Below are positions 34,692-47,529 of a DNA stretch of 64,000 nt, piece by piece; position 1 is the first letter of the stretch; every line of letters starts with the position of its first letter. The notes beneath the pieces are model-generated. The model made no database searches and was not told the DNA's origin. It saw only the letters and a program-made list of their open reading frames with translations. Location of the stretch: assembly GCF_000315625.1 (NCBI RefSeq), contig NW_005434656.1, positions 872,638 to 936,637 on the forward strand. The letters run 5' to 3'. Source of the DNA: Guillardia theta CCMP2712 (taxonomy: Eukaryota > Protista > Cryptophyta). Made by a program: the position numbers and the translations under genes.

Positions 34692-36268
34692 TGATGGAAG
34701 CAAGGAGCAGGGGACGAGGACGAGCACGAGGACGAGCAAGGAAGAGAGGATGGATGTTGATACCTCAAGGACTTGAACGAATACAGCCCAAGTCCCCCCC
34801 TGTCAGGCATGTTGAAGGACCAGCATCGCGCGTTCACATACCCCTGTGAAACCTCAAGCTTGCCTTTGGTGATCAGACCATGAGCGCCTTCTTCAACTTT
34901 CTCAATCAGGAAACAGCCCTCGAGGCAAGGCTGCAGGTTCGCAATGGTCAGCTGAGGCTACGAGCATGCGGGCTGACGAGCGTACCGCCAATGGCGTTCG
35001 AGATCTCGCAGTTGTCTCTGATGGACTTGTCGAGGAACAAACTGACTGTGATCCCCAACGTGCTGGTGCTCACGTGCGAGAGAACTCTCAAGTCACTGTT
35101 CTTGGATCACAACTTCATCGTCTCTCTCCCTCCTGAAGTCTGCAACTGCATCGCTCTCGAAGACCTCAGGATCAACAGCAACCAGATCTCCCTGCTGCCC
35201 CCCGAGCTGGGGAACCTGCGCAGCCTGACGCGGCTTGACGCCTCCATGAACAGGTTGACGAGCATTCCCAGCTCGATATCTCAGCTGGACGAGCTGAGAA
35301 TCCTTGACGTGTCGAGGAACCTCCTCCCCTCCCTCCCTGACGAGTCTCTCGCTTGCCTTACCAGCATGTCTGACCTCTCCCTGTCTTCGAACCGCCTCGA
35401 CCAGCTACCTCTCACCCTCGCGTTCATGCAGGTGGTCAGTCTGCCTCTTGCGCTAGGGGGATGACGCGTCATCACCGCAGGACCTGAAGTTCCTCAGGGC
35501 GAACGGCAATCGTATCTCACAGCTCAAGAGAGACATCGTCCTCCTCCCTGAGCTGACGGAGCTGCATCTATCGGACAACCTGTTGACTTCCCTCCCCTCC
35601 AACTGCTGGCTCAAGGTACCCGATCATCGTCTCGTCTTGCCTCAAGTGACTTGCAGGCCACCAACCTGGAGGCCCTGGACGTTTGCGGCAATCAGCTGTC
35701 GTCCGTGCCCCCTGAGATCGGCGAGCTGACGAGCCTTCAAGTTCTTGGCCTTGCAAGGAACGCAAACCTGTCAGAGGGAATGACAAAGGAAGACTTTGAC
35801 TTGAGCTTGACAGTGAATCTGATAACTCGTGGATTTCTCAGGCTCTGTTCAAAGGCATTCACTCCACCCTCGAATACCTCAGAAGGCAGCAATCAGAAGG
35901 AAGGAAGGTGACTTCCTCCTCCTCCTCCTTCTCCTCCTCCTCCTCCTCCACCACCACCACCACCTCCTCCTCCTCCTCCTCCACCACCACCTCTCCTCGA
36001 CTCCTCCTCCTCCTCCTCCTCCTCCTCCTCCTCCTCCTCCTCCTCCTCCTCCTCCTCCTCCTCCTCCTCCTCCTCCTCCTCCTCCTCCTCCTCCTCCTCC
36101 TCCTCCTCCTCCTCCTCCTCCTCCTCCTCCTCCTCTATAATCCTCATCATCTCAATCATCATATCAATCGCACACAATTCGCCCCCATCTCACTTTTGGT
36201 AAGACGAACAGGCCGGGGGTCAACGATACAACTTCCAACGCCATGGCGATGCAGCAGAAAGAAGCTGA
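34692..36268 (+). CDS. Leucine-rich repeat protein, multi-exon
   Basis: About 10 LxxLxLxxNxLxxLP repeats in 34880-35770; both ends approximate. Confidence 0.85.
35915..36134. repeat. (CCT)n / (CCA)n microsatellite, intronic
   Basis: Direct reading. Confidence 0.95.
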
Positions 36269-36531
36269 GCTCTCCCTTCCCCCCTGCCACATCCACCACT
36301 CCTCTCCTCAGCTCCTCCTCTCCGAACGTGCCCACCTGCTCCGTCGTCAGCACCCACACAGCGGAACTCCATCCACATGCTCTACCAGCCAATCCACGAA
36401 GAGAGCGTCAGACTTGGATCGGGACGCCTTGTCAGCGTGAAGGAAAGGATCGTCGGCATTGATCAAACTCTCTATTGTCCTCATGCTCTCAGACTTGTTC
36501 TTCAATGCTGCCAGCCTGTTACTCGCTGCTG

Positions 36532-37398
36532 CTACAGGAGTCCAGCACTCACCGTCGTACTTGCCCTGCTCGGCTTCATCAAGGAAGAAATGTCTCCTCG
36601 AGCACGTGCCGTCGTCCTTACACGCTCCCCTCCACCACTTGCGAGCATCTCAGACATGAGACGGAACAAGCGCAGGAGGTACCTGCTTGCAGAGAGGCTG
36701 AACATCACAAGAGCGCACGTGCCCTTCACGAGCTATCCTCTCCACCAGAGGATGCTGCCGCACCCCCCCGCTCTCGCTCATCTCTCTGTGTGGAGAATCC
36801 ACAACTCTCAGCCGACGTACGAGCATGCTTCGTAGCCTTGGCTCCTTTTTCATCCTGTCCTGCTCCTGAGATTCAAAGACCCCGCTGCAGTGAACAACAG
36901 CTCCACAGCACAGGGAGAAGTCTCCTTGCACCATCTGCTTCCATCCTTCGTCATGATACAGCAACAGCTGACACTTGCCGTCAAGGCTTTCCTTTTCTCC
37001 GAAGTCTTCTGTACGTTCCCTTGATGTCACTTGTAGAGATTTCGAGCATAAGGTTGCAAAACACATTTTCCTGCTCGACTTTCGAAGCGAAACAACGACC
37101 CCCTCAAGCTCTTCTTCGGTTTGGTTTACAGCAAGTGGCTCAGATTCTGACATCTCACACACGCCTCTGTGTTGGGAAGGTCTTGGTTTCAATCATGAAG
37201 TGAGCCTTACATCCACTCTCAGGCCTTGTTGAAAGATGTTATGTCCTTGTTTTCTTCGTCGCTGATTGATGTTTCCTCCTCCCTTCCTCTCCCCTCCTCT
37301 CCCCCTTCCCCTCTCTTCCTTGCCCTGCTCTCATTCCAGTGTCGGACCAGCAATCGGGCCAATCGTCCTATGGCATGTGCGGGGATGGGGGTCATATC
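36532..37398 (-). CDS. Hypothetical protein, possible OB-fold (anticodon-binding-like)
   Basis: LEGVVVSLRKSSRKMCFATL...CQLLL...LCCGAVVHCSGV...MLVRRLRVV pattern resembles OB-fold strands; divergent from ZDS. Confidence 0.4.
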
Positions 37399-37463
37399 CA
37401 TAGGGATTGGGGGGGTGGGGGTAAAGGGTAGGGTAGAGGGTCTAAAGGGAAGCGGCCCCCACC

Positions 37464-39500
37464 ATGCTGAAGGCGGCGGTAGCAGCAGTAGCGGCATGCG
37501 CGCTGACAGTGCCGAGCTATGGCTTCATGCCGAGCTCTCCTCTGGCAGGCTCCTCCTTCCTCACCTCTCCTCGCTCGATCTCCGTCTCGGCCGGGGCTGG
37601 AAGGAGCAGAGCTCCTGTAGTGAGCAAGCGTGGTGCCATTGCCCTCCGTGCACAGAACAAAGTTGGGGTGGTAGGAGAGCGCAAGGTCGGAGATTCAGTG
37701 CTGGGAAGCGACACCTCTGGACTCCTCAACGATCGTCTCATGCAGAAGGCGTTTCAGGGACCTTCAGTCCGTTTCCCCGAGGAGAAGAAGCTTAAGATCG
37801 GGATAGTCGGCTCCGGTCTTGCCGGGATGGTCACAGCGATGGATCTGGTGGATGCCGGGCACGAGGTCGAGATCTTCGAGGCTCGTAACTTCGTTGGAGG
37901 GAAGGTAGGGAGCTGGGTGGACAAGGACGGGAACCACATCGAGATGGGGCTCCACGTGTTCTTCGGCTGCTACTACAACTTGTTTGGTATCCTCCAGCGC
38001 GTGGGCACGTTTGACAAGTCGCTGCGCCTCAAGGAGCATCGACACATCTTCGTCAACGAGGGAGGATGGACGGGAGAGCTCGACTTCCGTATGGGAGGCA
38101 TCGGCGCTCCCTTCAATGGGCTCAAGGCCTTCGCTACCACCGAGCAGCTCGGCCTCTACGACAAGCTCATGAACGCGGTCAGGCTGGGCACGTCGCCGAT
38201 CGTGCGGGCGCTGGTCGACTTCGATGGCGGGATGGACATGGTGCGATCACTGGACGACATCTCCTTCTCCGAGTGGTTCCTCCGGCTTGGGGGGTCGCGC
38301 GGGAGCATCAAGAGGATGTGGGACCCGATCGCGTACGCGCTCGGCTTCATCGACTGTGACAACATCTCCGCTCGCTGCATGCTCACCATCTTCCAGCTCT
38401 TCGCCGTCCGGTCCGAAGCCTCCGTGCTGCGCATGTGCGAGGGCTCGCCCAACACGTTCATCAGCGGGCCCATCGTGGACTACCTCAAGGAGAGGGGAGT
38501 GAAGTTCAACCTCAACTCTCGCGTAGAGGACATTATGCACGAGGTTGACGCGCAGGGAAAGCCGACGTTTGTCAAGGGGATCGAGGTGGCGCTGGATGGC
38601 GGGGAGCCTGTCAAGAAGAACTTCGACGTTGTTGTGTGCGCGCAGGACGTGCCGGGGATCAAGAAGCTTCTTCCCGAGAGCTTCCGCAAGCACGACATGT
38701 TCGACAGGATCTACAAACTGGAGGGAGTTCCAGTCGCCACCGTTCAGCTGCGATTTGACGGCTGGATCACTGAGATGCAGGACAAGGAGGCGATGAAGAA
38801 GATCAACGAGGACCTCTCCGATGGGAAGGCACCGGGCATCGACAATCTGCTCTACAGTGCCGACGTCGAGTTCTCCTGCTTCGCTGATCTTGCCCTTACC
38901 TCCCCTGCCGAATACTACAAGGAAGGAGAGGGCTCTCTTCTCCAGTGCGTCCTCACTCCTGCTGATCGCTTCATGAGCATGCCCCCTGAGGAGGTCGCTC
39001 GCATCACCTGCGAGCAGGCGTACAAGCTCTTCCCCTCGGCGCGTGAGCAGGGACTCAAGTGCACCTGGAGCAACGTGGTGAAGCTCCGAGAGGTTAATCC
39101 CCTTCCCTTGAAACTCAAACCACCTCCTTCTTCGTCCCTCCTCCTCCTCCCCCTCCCCCTCTCTCCTTCCTGCTCTCTTCTTCCTCCTGCACTCCTCTTT
39201 CTCCTTGTCCCCTCCTCCTCCTCCTCCTCCTCCTCCTCCTCCTCCTCCTCCTCCTCCTCCTGCTCTCTCTCATTTCACTTGCAGTCGCTCTACCGCGAGG
39301 CTCCCGGCATGGACAAGTTTCGACCGGCTCAGAATACTGTGATCCCCAACTTCTTCCTCTCCGGGAGCTACACGTACCAAGACTACATCGACTCCATGGA
39401 GGGCGCAACCAAGAGCGGCCTCTTGTGTGCCGAAGAAGTCATCAAGGCTACCGAGTCGCTGGTGAGCCTGAGGGATTCCAAGATGAAGGCGACGGCATGA
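37464..39500 (+). CDS. ZDS: Zeta-carotene desaturase, plastid-targeted; one intron 39093-39284
   Basis: [83 protein letters not shown]; bipartite presequence ...VPSYG-FMP. Confidence 0.97.
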   Translation: MLKAAVAAVAACALTVPSYGFMPSSPLAGSSFLTSPRSISVSAGAGRSRAPVVSKRGAIALRAQNKVGVVGERKVGDSVLGSDTSGLLNDRLMQKAFQGPSVRFPEEKKLKIGIVGSGLAGMVTAMDLVDAGHEVEIFEARNFVGGKVGSWVDKDGNHIEMGLHVFFGCYYNLFGILQRVGTFDKSLRLKEHRHIFVNEGGWTGELDFRMGGIGAPFNGLKAFATTEQLGLYDKLMNAVRLGTSPIVRALVDFDGGMDMVRSLDDISFSEWFLRLGGSRGSIKRMWDPIAYALGFIDCDNISARCMLTIFQLFAVRSEASVLRMCEGSPNTFISGPIVDYLKERGVKFNLNSRVEDIMHEVDAQGKPTFVKGIEVALDGGEPVKKNFDVVVCAQDVPGIKKLLPESFRKHDMFDRIYKLEGVPVATVQLRFDGWITEMQDKEAMKKINEDLSDGKAPGIDNLLYSADVEFSCFADLALTSPAEYYKEGEGSLLQCVLTPADRFMSMPPEEVARITCEQAYKLFPSAREQGLKCTWSNVVKLREVNPLPLKLKPPPSSSLLLLPLPLSPSCSLLPPALLFLLVPSSSSSSSSSSSSSSSSCSLSFHLQSLYREAPGMDKFRPAQNTVIPNFFLSGSYTYQDYIDSMEGATKSGLLCAEEVIKATESLVSLRDSKMKATA

Positions 39501-39699
39501 GAGGAGGGGAGGAGCATGTGCAAGAATAAACGAGTAGCTTTTAGGACTGTTGTGCAAGCTCGCGATGATGAGCAAGACTAGTAGAAGACCGGGTCCCAAG
39601 GGACTCTGAGGCTTCCGTTCAACCTCAGGTCCTCTGATCGCCGTCTGAGAGTGAACGGGTCGATGGAGCTGACGGTCAGCGACAGCAGGAAGGCTATGC

Positions 39700-40990
39700 T
39701 CCAGGGCCTGAGTGAGCGATGGAGTCACTTAAAGAAGAGCGAGGATGCGAACTCAGATGAACGCTTACCAGTGAAAGTTCGAGGAGAGAGGAGAGAGAGA
39801 AAAGAACAGGTCTCCGTAGACCACTTGTACACAGGGTAGCACGGCAAGCTCCCAACTGTTGAGCTGCGGTCAAAGGAGCAAGAAACCGCCATCTCTTTCT
39901 TACATGATGATGGAGGAGTAGTATGTAATTATGCTCATGTAGGGCAGCATCATCCCCAACGAAGCAAGCAGCAAGAGAAAGAGAGTGTACATGATCCAAA
40001 AGCTGCGGCGCTGGAGTTACAAGCTTGACAAGATCGCAATTGGTACCTGTGCTGCGGAACTTGTTCAAGCAAGCTGCTCTGCATCGAGAGCGATGCCATG
40101 GTGAAGCTGAGCCGATGAAGGAAGTATGCATTTGACCATGTTCCAACTGCCACGTGACGTTTGAGGCGAAGGAGGACTAGAGCAAGGAAGTACCTCTAGC
40201 TCTCCCGACGCCCTCTAAGCCTTTTGCTACCAACAGACACCACAAGGCAGTGGTTGCTCCATACACTAGCAAGACAAATCAAACTGTTATAGAGGCAAAG
40301 AATCCCGCTGAAACAGCAAGAGGGGGGGGAGGAGGAGGAGCAGGTGAAAGCTACAGCAACTGCTATGGTACGCCGCATGCTGGGTTGAGCATGCGTGTAC
40401 CTATCCCATCGTAGAACAGAGCATACAAGGCAAACTTGAGGCTCAAGAGGGTATGCAGCCATTGCCTTCCCCGTTGCAAGTGAGTAAAGGAATGCTTCCT
40501 CAAGCAGATCGCATGTACATCTCACAAGGCCGAAAGGGAAACTGTAGCTTCCACTTGAGGTACTCCCTAGGCGAGCTTGTCAGCTGTTATGGTGTGACAT
40601 GAGCTCTTACAATAGGGTCAGCAACCCCGCCAGCCGTCTGGACATCTTTGACATTTGAGCTGTGCTGAAGTAAGTTGTTGTCAATTCCGCTGTCTCAACC
40701 TCTGATTTCTGAAGCAAAACCTCAGGACTCGATGTATCAACCTCAAGAGATGGTGGCCTAACGAAGGAAACATTAGCCTTCTGTCGTCCGAAACAAGATT
40801 TACCTTGAGAGAACCTGTCACTAAGTGCGGGAGCCAACTTGTTGAAAGTGACAACACACCTGCTCCTCTTTTGTCTCTTCTTCGTCTTCTTCTCAGAATT
40901 TACTTCTACTCAGCATGTTTTCTTTTTTCTGTCAGAGTTCATTCTGACATCCGAGTCGCCTCTCATTTCTTTCTAGCATCTTCTATCCTG
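39700..40990 (-). CDS. Possible multi-exon hypothetical protein
   Basis: Chain of short minus-strand open segments with GT/AG spacing and a GC-rich island upstream (41050-41340); no recognised domain. Confidence 0.3.
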
Positions 40991-41887
40991 CTCTCCGATC
41001 GTTCCCTTCTCTTCTCCCGCACTCTCAGCAGTCTTCCTCGCTCTCACTCAGTGCTCTAGTTGCCGAGTCGGGCCTACCGTCATGGCCTACCGTCGTAGCC
41101 CTGAGGTAGTACGGTCCGATCAGTGCGGGCGGCCTGCCAGCCACCGGGCGCGGCCGGGCCGCCGGCCGGCCCGAACTTCGGAATCGCCGGGCCGACAAGA
41201 TTCTCATCCTGTGCCTCAGTGAGTAAACAGATTCAAGGCTCAGTCACACCGTCACGGTCCGAGCCCCCCATCAGGCTGAGACGCCGTGAGATCGGACATC
41301 AGTCGGATGCAGCAGGTCGGTGACTGGCCCTGCAGCTGAGAACAAACGGAGGCTGTCCAAGCCTGTTGCCACCGGTTTGTGAGAGAGCATCACAGACAGA
41401 TAATACTAGTCTCGACTCTTGGACGGCAGGACAAATTGCTACTAGGCGAGTATGCCAGGTCAGAAGGCCGCTGAGTCTCAGAATGGATGGCTGATATGAA
41501 ACGTTACAACAAGAATTTCTCATATCTTTCTCACCCACTGAAGGTGTTCATTTAACAAGGAACATAACACTTGTCGAGCTCCCTGACCTTGTCAGTAATT
41601 ATAGGAAGGACGATGATTTGGTTTGATATGCAGGATCCAATCTCATATGGTCGATGACGATTTAATGAACAAAGCTTTCATCAGACGATGTTGAGAGCTA
41701 GTGGCTGCAAATTGTATTTTCATACAGTAAAAAGCGCTCTGAGCAATCAAAACATTAAGGATCAATACCTAGACACAATAGCATAGCAAAAAAGGTAATC
41801 AGCATGACTAAAACACAGTGAAACAAATAGCAATCGGAGAAGTTCTCCTCCAAGATTCTTGAGCTCCTCCATACACAAACAGTTGGA

Positions 41888-42268
41888 CTAAGCTCCCCCC
41901 TGGTGGTGGGTCATGAACCACTCGATCCATCCCGCCTCCAGCGGACTCTCGTCGTCCTCCCACCCCCAGCCCTCCCCTTCTCTCCTGCTGGGACTCTGCC
42001 TGGACCCTTCCTCCGACCCCATCGACATCCCAGCCGATGACGGCGACGGCGACGGAGACGTGCGAGTCCTCGAGTACGGCCACCTGGTGATCCCCGCCCG
42101 TCTGCAGACGCTCTTCATGGCGGTGAGAGAGATGCCGAGGATCTTGGCGGCCTCGCTTTCCTTGTAGCAGAAGAGGGCTTGGAGGCGGGCAGGGTCGATT
42201 CTGATGCAGTTCTTGCGGATGGCTCGGGGCTTCTTGGCGATGACTTGAGCTGCTGTCTGCGCGCTCAT
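41888..42268 (-). CDS. RWP-RK domain transcription factor, copy A (intronless)
   Basis: LQALFCYKESEAAKILGISLTAMKSVCRRAGITRWPYSR. Confidence 0.9.
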   Translation of the reverse strand: MSAQTAAQVIAKKPRAIRKNCIRIDPARLQALFCYKESEAAKILGISLTAMKSVCRRAGITRWPYSRTRTSPSPSPSSAGMSMGSEEGSRQSPSRREGEGWGWEDDESPLEAGWIEWFMTHHQGGA

Positions 42269-44055
42269 GGCTGGTCGGCAGGTGCTCGTGCGTCTGCGAC
42301 TGGATGTCTCTCCGTCCTGTTATAGAGTCGAGCAGTCGCAAAGGATCCGACTGCCGGGAGTATGAAGTAGAGGGTGGGTGGTAAAACTGTGAAAAGCAGA
42401 GGTGGGGGTGCCATGAGACTGGTGTGGGTTTTTGAGGTCGCAGAGAGCCAAACATCATCAGTACGAGGAGTTTTAGTTACCAGAGAAACAATATCGCAGT
42501 AGTACGAGAATGTGAGTAAAACGTTTGGTAGTGACGAAGGGAATCATATCTCGAGAAGTGAGCCTCGGAGTCCGATCGCGGACTTGTCTTGTCGAGCAAG
42601 ACGACGAGACTGACACAACTTGCGGCAGTACTTGACAGACCCACATTCTTGACCTCGTCACCCGTTGATGATTGTCATTGTTGGATCACCCGACATTCCC
42701 ACCGCAGAGTCAGCGTGTTGCTGTCCCTGATTGTTGACTTCCACTTTGGTTGTTAGTTTGTAGGAGCCTGTGTCATTGCGACACTGAAGCCTGGGAGCGG
42801 TCGGCAGATGTAGATACTATGAAGCCTTCATTGAGCCTTGCCAAGAGTGAAGCTGTTCGGATGACTGACCTGAAACATCTTGATTGACAGACTTCTGTGT
42901 AAAGACAAGAAAGCTCCACTTTCGTTTTGCGGCTCCCCTCTCCCTACCGACCTCTTGCCGTTTCAGCCAAACGAAAATCGAAGACATTTTCCGGAAACAG
43001 ATGCCGGCATGAGTCAATGCTCACCGTCCTGATTGGACGAACGAGAATGTAGATGTCAGTTCAAGCTGTTGCCACAGTCATATTTCTGAAGTAAGCATGA
43101 ATCTTCAAAATCGTTTACCCAACTAGATTTCTGAGGCTTGTAATTTTGGTCATGAGACATGGCAAGATTGTATGTCGCCTTCAAAAACTTTGCTCAAAGA
43201 TGCCGGTGGTGGGTGACCCTATCCTCATATTTCCTCATATTTTCGCATCATTCAAGCAGAGCGGCACACGCTGTCTGGCTGACCATTCACTACTGACCTG
43301 GGGGTGAATTGGAATAGGACGGGATCGTCAGTCATGTTGCGACTCGGCTTCTACTTGCTAGAGGGCCTTGAAGCTCGATGACGTGAAGGCTTTGAAGGCG
43401 CGCCGAGCCTCAATGAGTCTCCGAGTAAAGAAATTGTCCTAACAGTCTGAAGTGATAGGATATGTTCACTGACTTTGGTCTTCCTTGAATAGACATCCTA
43501 GGCAGTATCGTTTCTGTTGTATTTTGGACTCATACCGGACGCCCCTTGGACGTAGCGTAGGGTAATAGGATGTGTGCTTAATAAACAGAGATCCTAAGAT
43601 CATCTGAGCTCAACGTCTTACGCAAGGTTGTGTATACAACAGTTTCTTAAGAATTTAGATTGCTTTCTTTCCTTTATATTTTCACGTCAAATAAGAAGCA
43701 GCGTTGGACTGTGCATTGCTTTCGCACACTTGCTCTTTGGTTTCTTGACGGGATCACTTCGTGTGTCAACACTGGATCGCGAGATACTTGTAGGAAGTTT
43801 TCCTAACATTTTGGTACGCTAAGGCCTGGTTTTCCTCTCGGAGTTGTTATGTTGAAAGAAGTTGTTCAAGAAAACATGGATGGGAAGAGCATGCCAACAA
43901 GTGGTGTTGTCTCTGACTTCATGAGTCGAAGCATGTCTCGATTGGGCAGCTTCTTGAAGGAGAGATGATCCCGCTCTCCCCTTGAAAGCCAGTTCTCGCG
44001 ACATCTTGGAGGAAAATGAGCAGCTACATGTTGGGAGCTCAAGTCAGTGAACGTA

Positions 44056-44192
44056 GCGCTGGATGGTCTCTCGGCCACTTTGCCAGATGTCCCAGGTGAT
44101 CCGACTTGCAAACGCATCCGGTCCAGATCTTTCGTCAGCCCAAGGCCTCCCTGTCCTTCGCTGCCATCATCGCGGGTGCGTTCCGGTATGCG
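44056..44192 (-). repeat. ~135-bp dispersed repeat (LINE-relic family), copy B
   Basis: Near-identical to 29630-29770. Confidence 0.9.
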
Positions 44193-44207
44193 TCTCATTC
44201 CTCATAT

Positions 44208-44253
44208 TCTCCTGATTCTCCTCGTACTGATTTTTAACTTACCTTTGAGTAAA
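44208..44253 (+). repeat. Dispersed 31-46-bp motif, copy 2
   Basis: CTCCTGATTCTCCTCGTACTGATTTTTAACTTACCTTTGAGTAAA; matches 27734 and reverse 47485-47529. Confidence 0.85.
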
Positions 44254-45909
44254 GAAGGCCCAACTGGAATCACAAGGTCCTGACCGTTCCCCCTCCCTTG
44301 TGCCGGGCAAACTTGTGATGAGTAGTAAAGATTCTGCTCTGAATGCGCCTCTCGGAGCGTTCGGAGGTGTCGGCAAATTTGACAGGCAGACTGACAGACA
44401 GTCAAACATGTCACGGCTGAACTTTACTCAACAGACTTCGTATCGTGATTGCTGACCCGGAGCCCCGGATATCAATGGACCCCGTGTGATTTTGCCGCCC
44501 CCTCGCTCCCAACTGTTTTCGTACCCACATAGGCATATATCTTTGCGGTCATGTGGCCTCGCCCAGCTCCTCAAAACGGAGGCGGCCGCTCCGCCACCGG
44601 CATGCTACCCTTCGAATTCACCAGTCTGACCACCCCACCCCAATCCGTCTCGGCCAAACCTCCCGCTTTACGCGGAGGTCGTAATTGCCTAAAACCTTAA
44701 TAAAACTGCGCAGGAGCAAAACCGCGTAGTCGTAGGCGAGCTCAAAGGATCGTAGCTGTACTGCAATCCAAGATCGGTACCGTACCGTCAAAAGACTTCA
44801 ATTGACTGCATGACGTGTCCGAATTCTGACGATCACGGGTGCAAAATACAAACAAAAACCGGATCAATTCAGGGTGGGGTGGATCAGAGGAGCAGTGTGT
44901 AAACGGAGCGCCGTACCAGTCAGAAAGTCGTAGCCTAGTAGGGTAGGGTCCGGAACTTCGGAAGGAAAGGGGGCCAACCCCCCAAAATTAAAACGATTGA
45001 ACTTTTGGTTAAAACATTTTTCGAGTACCCTCCCAAGCTACAGTTTTGATACCAAGGGGTAGTTCATGAGATACAAGAGATTGCAACGTTTGAGCGAATA
45101 GACGTATCTCGGACGTTGCTCAGACCAACAAATCTCCGGATTTGTCCAAAGAGGTGTAATGAGAGATCCAAAAGAATACTTTTCACCAAGTAAAGTCAAT
45201 TGCCTTCAAGAGCAATGCATTCTGCTATCTTGGGTCGTACTAGGGCTCCACATATAAGAACGGCGGGGCACTGGAGGTGGAATCGACTTCGAGGCATACG
45301 TGATGACTAGTAAAGATTGCTGGCATGGGGCTAATGGGGGCAGCCAGTCAATGGACCGGTGAAAAGTACACAAGCTCAAGGCTGAGGGAGGGGTGGTTGG
45401 GGAAGTCATGACTCGAAGACAAAAGGATCGAGGGCTCTAAATGCAAAAACACTTTTAGAAATCTAAAATTAAAAACTTCAGTCGTATCCATACCACCCGT
45501 CCCTATTCTTGATAGGCAAACTAGATTGTACCGGTACTTTGCACAGGAAGAAATAGGGTGCTTAAATACCCCTACCCTAAGGGGATATCTTTACAACATG
45601 TACCCCACCCTGCAGCAGAAAGGTTCCAGTCAATGAAGTACCCAACCCATAGATTTGACTGGAAATGTTAGTGTAAATCACGGGTCTGAAGCAGGCGCGT
45701 GGACCCATCACCCCCACACGATAATGCTGACTTCCCCCTTCCCCCTTCCCTTCCCCCTTCATACCTAAAACGCTCTCCGCCTCCCCCTTGCACACCCTTG
45801 CGCTCCTCCTATCGTGACACCACGAGGACTTAGAAGCGACCCTGCTTCATCATCTCCTTTCACTTCTCCTCCAATAAGCTTATCCTTTAGACACACATTA
45901 CAATCAGCC

Positions 45910-46365
45910 ATGAGCGCGCAGACAGCAGCTCAAGTCATCACCAAGAAGCCCCGAGCCATCCGCAAGAACTGCATCAGAATCGACCCTGCCCGCCTCCAAG
46001 CCCTCTTCTGCTACAAGGAAAGCGAGGCCGCCAAGATCCTCGGCATCTCTCTCACCGCCATGAAGAGCGTCTGCAGACGGGCGGGGATCACCAGGTGGCC
46101 GTACTCGAGGACTCGCGCGGGGGCGGGGGACAGTGCATCAGCGTCGGGATCATCTCCTTCGCCGTCGCCGTCATCGGCTGGGATGTCGATGGGGCCGGAG
46201 GAAGGGTCGAGCAGTGTCGAGACTAGTGTATGCGGGAGCCCGGAGGCGGACATGGGGGGAGGGGAGGGCTGGGGGTGGGAGGAGGACGAGAGTCCGCTGG
46301 AGGCGGGATGGATCGAGTGGTACATTCAATCAAAAGACGATTTGGAAGACTTGACTGTCTTCTAA
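45910..46365 (+). CDS. RWP-RK domain transcription factor, copy B (intronless)
   Basis: Same RWP-RK domain as copy A; longer Ser-rich linker; acidic Trp-rich C-terminus. Confidence 0.9.
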   Translation: MSAQTAAQVITKKPRAIRKNCIRIDPARLQALFCYKESEAAKILGISLTAMKSVCRRAGITRWPYSRTRAGAGDSASASGSSPSPSPSSAGMSMGPEEGSSSVETSVCGSPEADMGGGEGWGWEEDESPLEAGWIEWYIQSKDDLEDLTVF

Positions 46366-47484
46366 TTCTTCAATGTGGAAGGTGAATGGTACAGTTGTAA
46401 AATAGTATTGATATGAATTGATTTTGAACAATGTCACTCTATTCTGGTGACAATACGACAAGAATCAATGAGTGATTCAATTTGTAGTGTAACCGGCCAA
46501 TTCCTTGGTCTTTCTTTCTTATCCTTTAATTAATGAAATCTTTGTAAATGATTGATTCAAAGAAACTTCCGGCAAAAGTGCGGTGTATGAGAACTTTAGC
46601 AACCTTGAGAACTTTAGCCACCTTGACTGATTGGATGACTGATGGGGATCAGAGCTGTATTTCTTGCTCATGTATTTTGTTTTTAGACGCGTTGAGTGAC
46701 GGTGATTGATGAGTTGCTGGGCTTGCTGTGACTATGCACACGGCAAGGCAACAAGACCGGCCCGGCCACCTGTTGCTCAGTGCTGTCGGCGCATTCTATA
46801 TGATAGTACTACGGTATCGTTCACGGCTGATCATGGATCGGATACCCGGCGGGGCACTCTGGCACTCCGTCCGGCCCGACTCGTGTGACATGGCTTGAAC
46901 CGTTCAACACGGCGATCGGACGCTGTTACGGATCAGGCGCACACGGTCAGTGACTCAGACGGTCCGACCGCTAGTCGCCGGCCCGCCGTGAGCAAAAACT
47001 GTCACAGGCTTCAGTCACGGTTCAACGGTTGCAACTGAGGTCGATACCAGTGATGTCTGCGTGACTTTGGCACAGTACAAGTCTAACAAACTTGTGCTCC
47101 GTCGCCATGGTTGAAATGGCCCACTGCCACGACCGTGACGGTGGGTTGTAAGGCTGGCCCATGATTGAATTTTGGTTTCACTGACTCGGACTTGCCATGG
47201 TCCGATCACAAGTTTTTGAGCCTGATTCGCGCGGCCGGGAATTCCATAACTGCCGCAGTGCGACGGCCGCGGTCTACTGCGCCCGGTCACCGAGTATTCC
47301 GAATGATTTGAAGTCCCGGTTGAATCACGGCCCGCGGAACTTTAACTAAGTTGGATCCGAGTCAAGCTCCGAGGCCGCGCCGCTCACGGTGCCGGCCCCG
47401 GCGGGGCACCGTCGGCACTTGCAGTGCATATCGTATCCGACCGGGGTCTCATCCGACAAGTTAAAAATCATCAATCCGATCGTC

Positions 47485-47529
47485 TTTACTCAAAGTTAGT
47501 TAAAAAGCAGTACGAGGACAATCAGGAGA
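47485..47529 (-). repeat. Dispersed 31-46-bp motif, copy 3 (reverse)
   Basis: Reverse complement CTCCTGATTGTCCTCGTACTGCTTTTTAACTAACTTTGAGTAAA; partial copies at 47458-47470 and 47716-47742. Confidence 0.8.

Noticed and set aside
42800-43900. Possible exon fragments between RWP-RK copies (also 1700-1930 and 48950-49490)
   Set aside because: Could not assemble a consistent spliced frame or recognise a domain.
46589-46626. 18-bp tandem duplication GAGAACTTTAGC(A/C)ACCTT
   Set aside because: Two copies only; ordinary slippage with no further structure.
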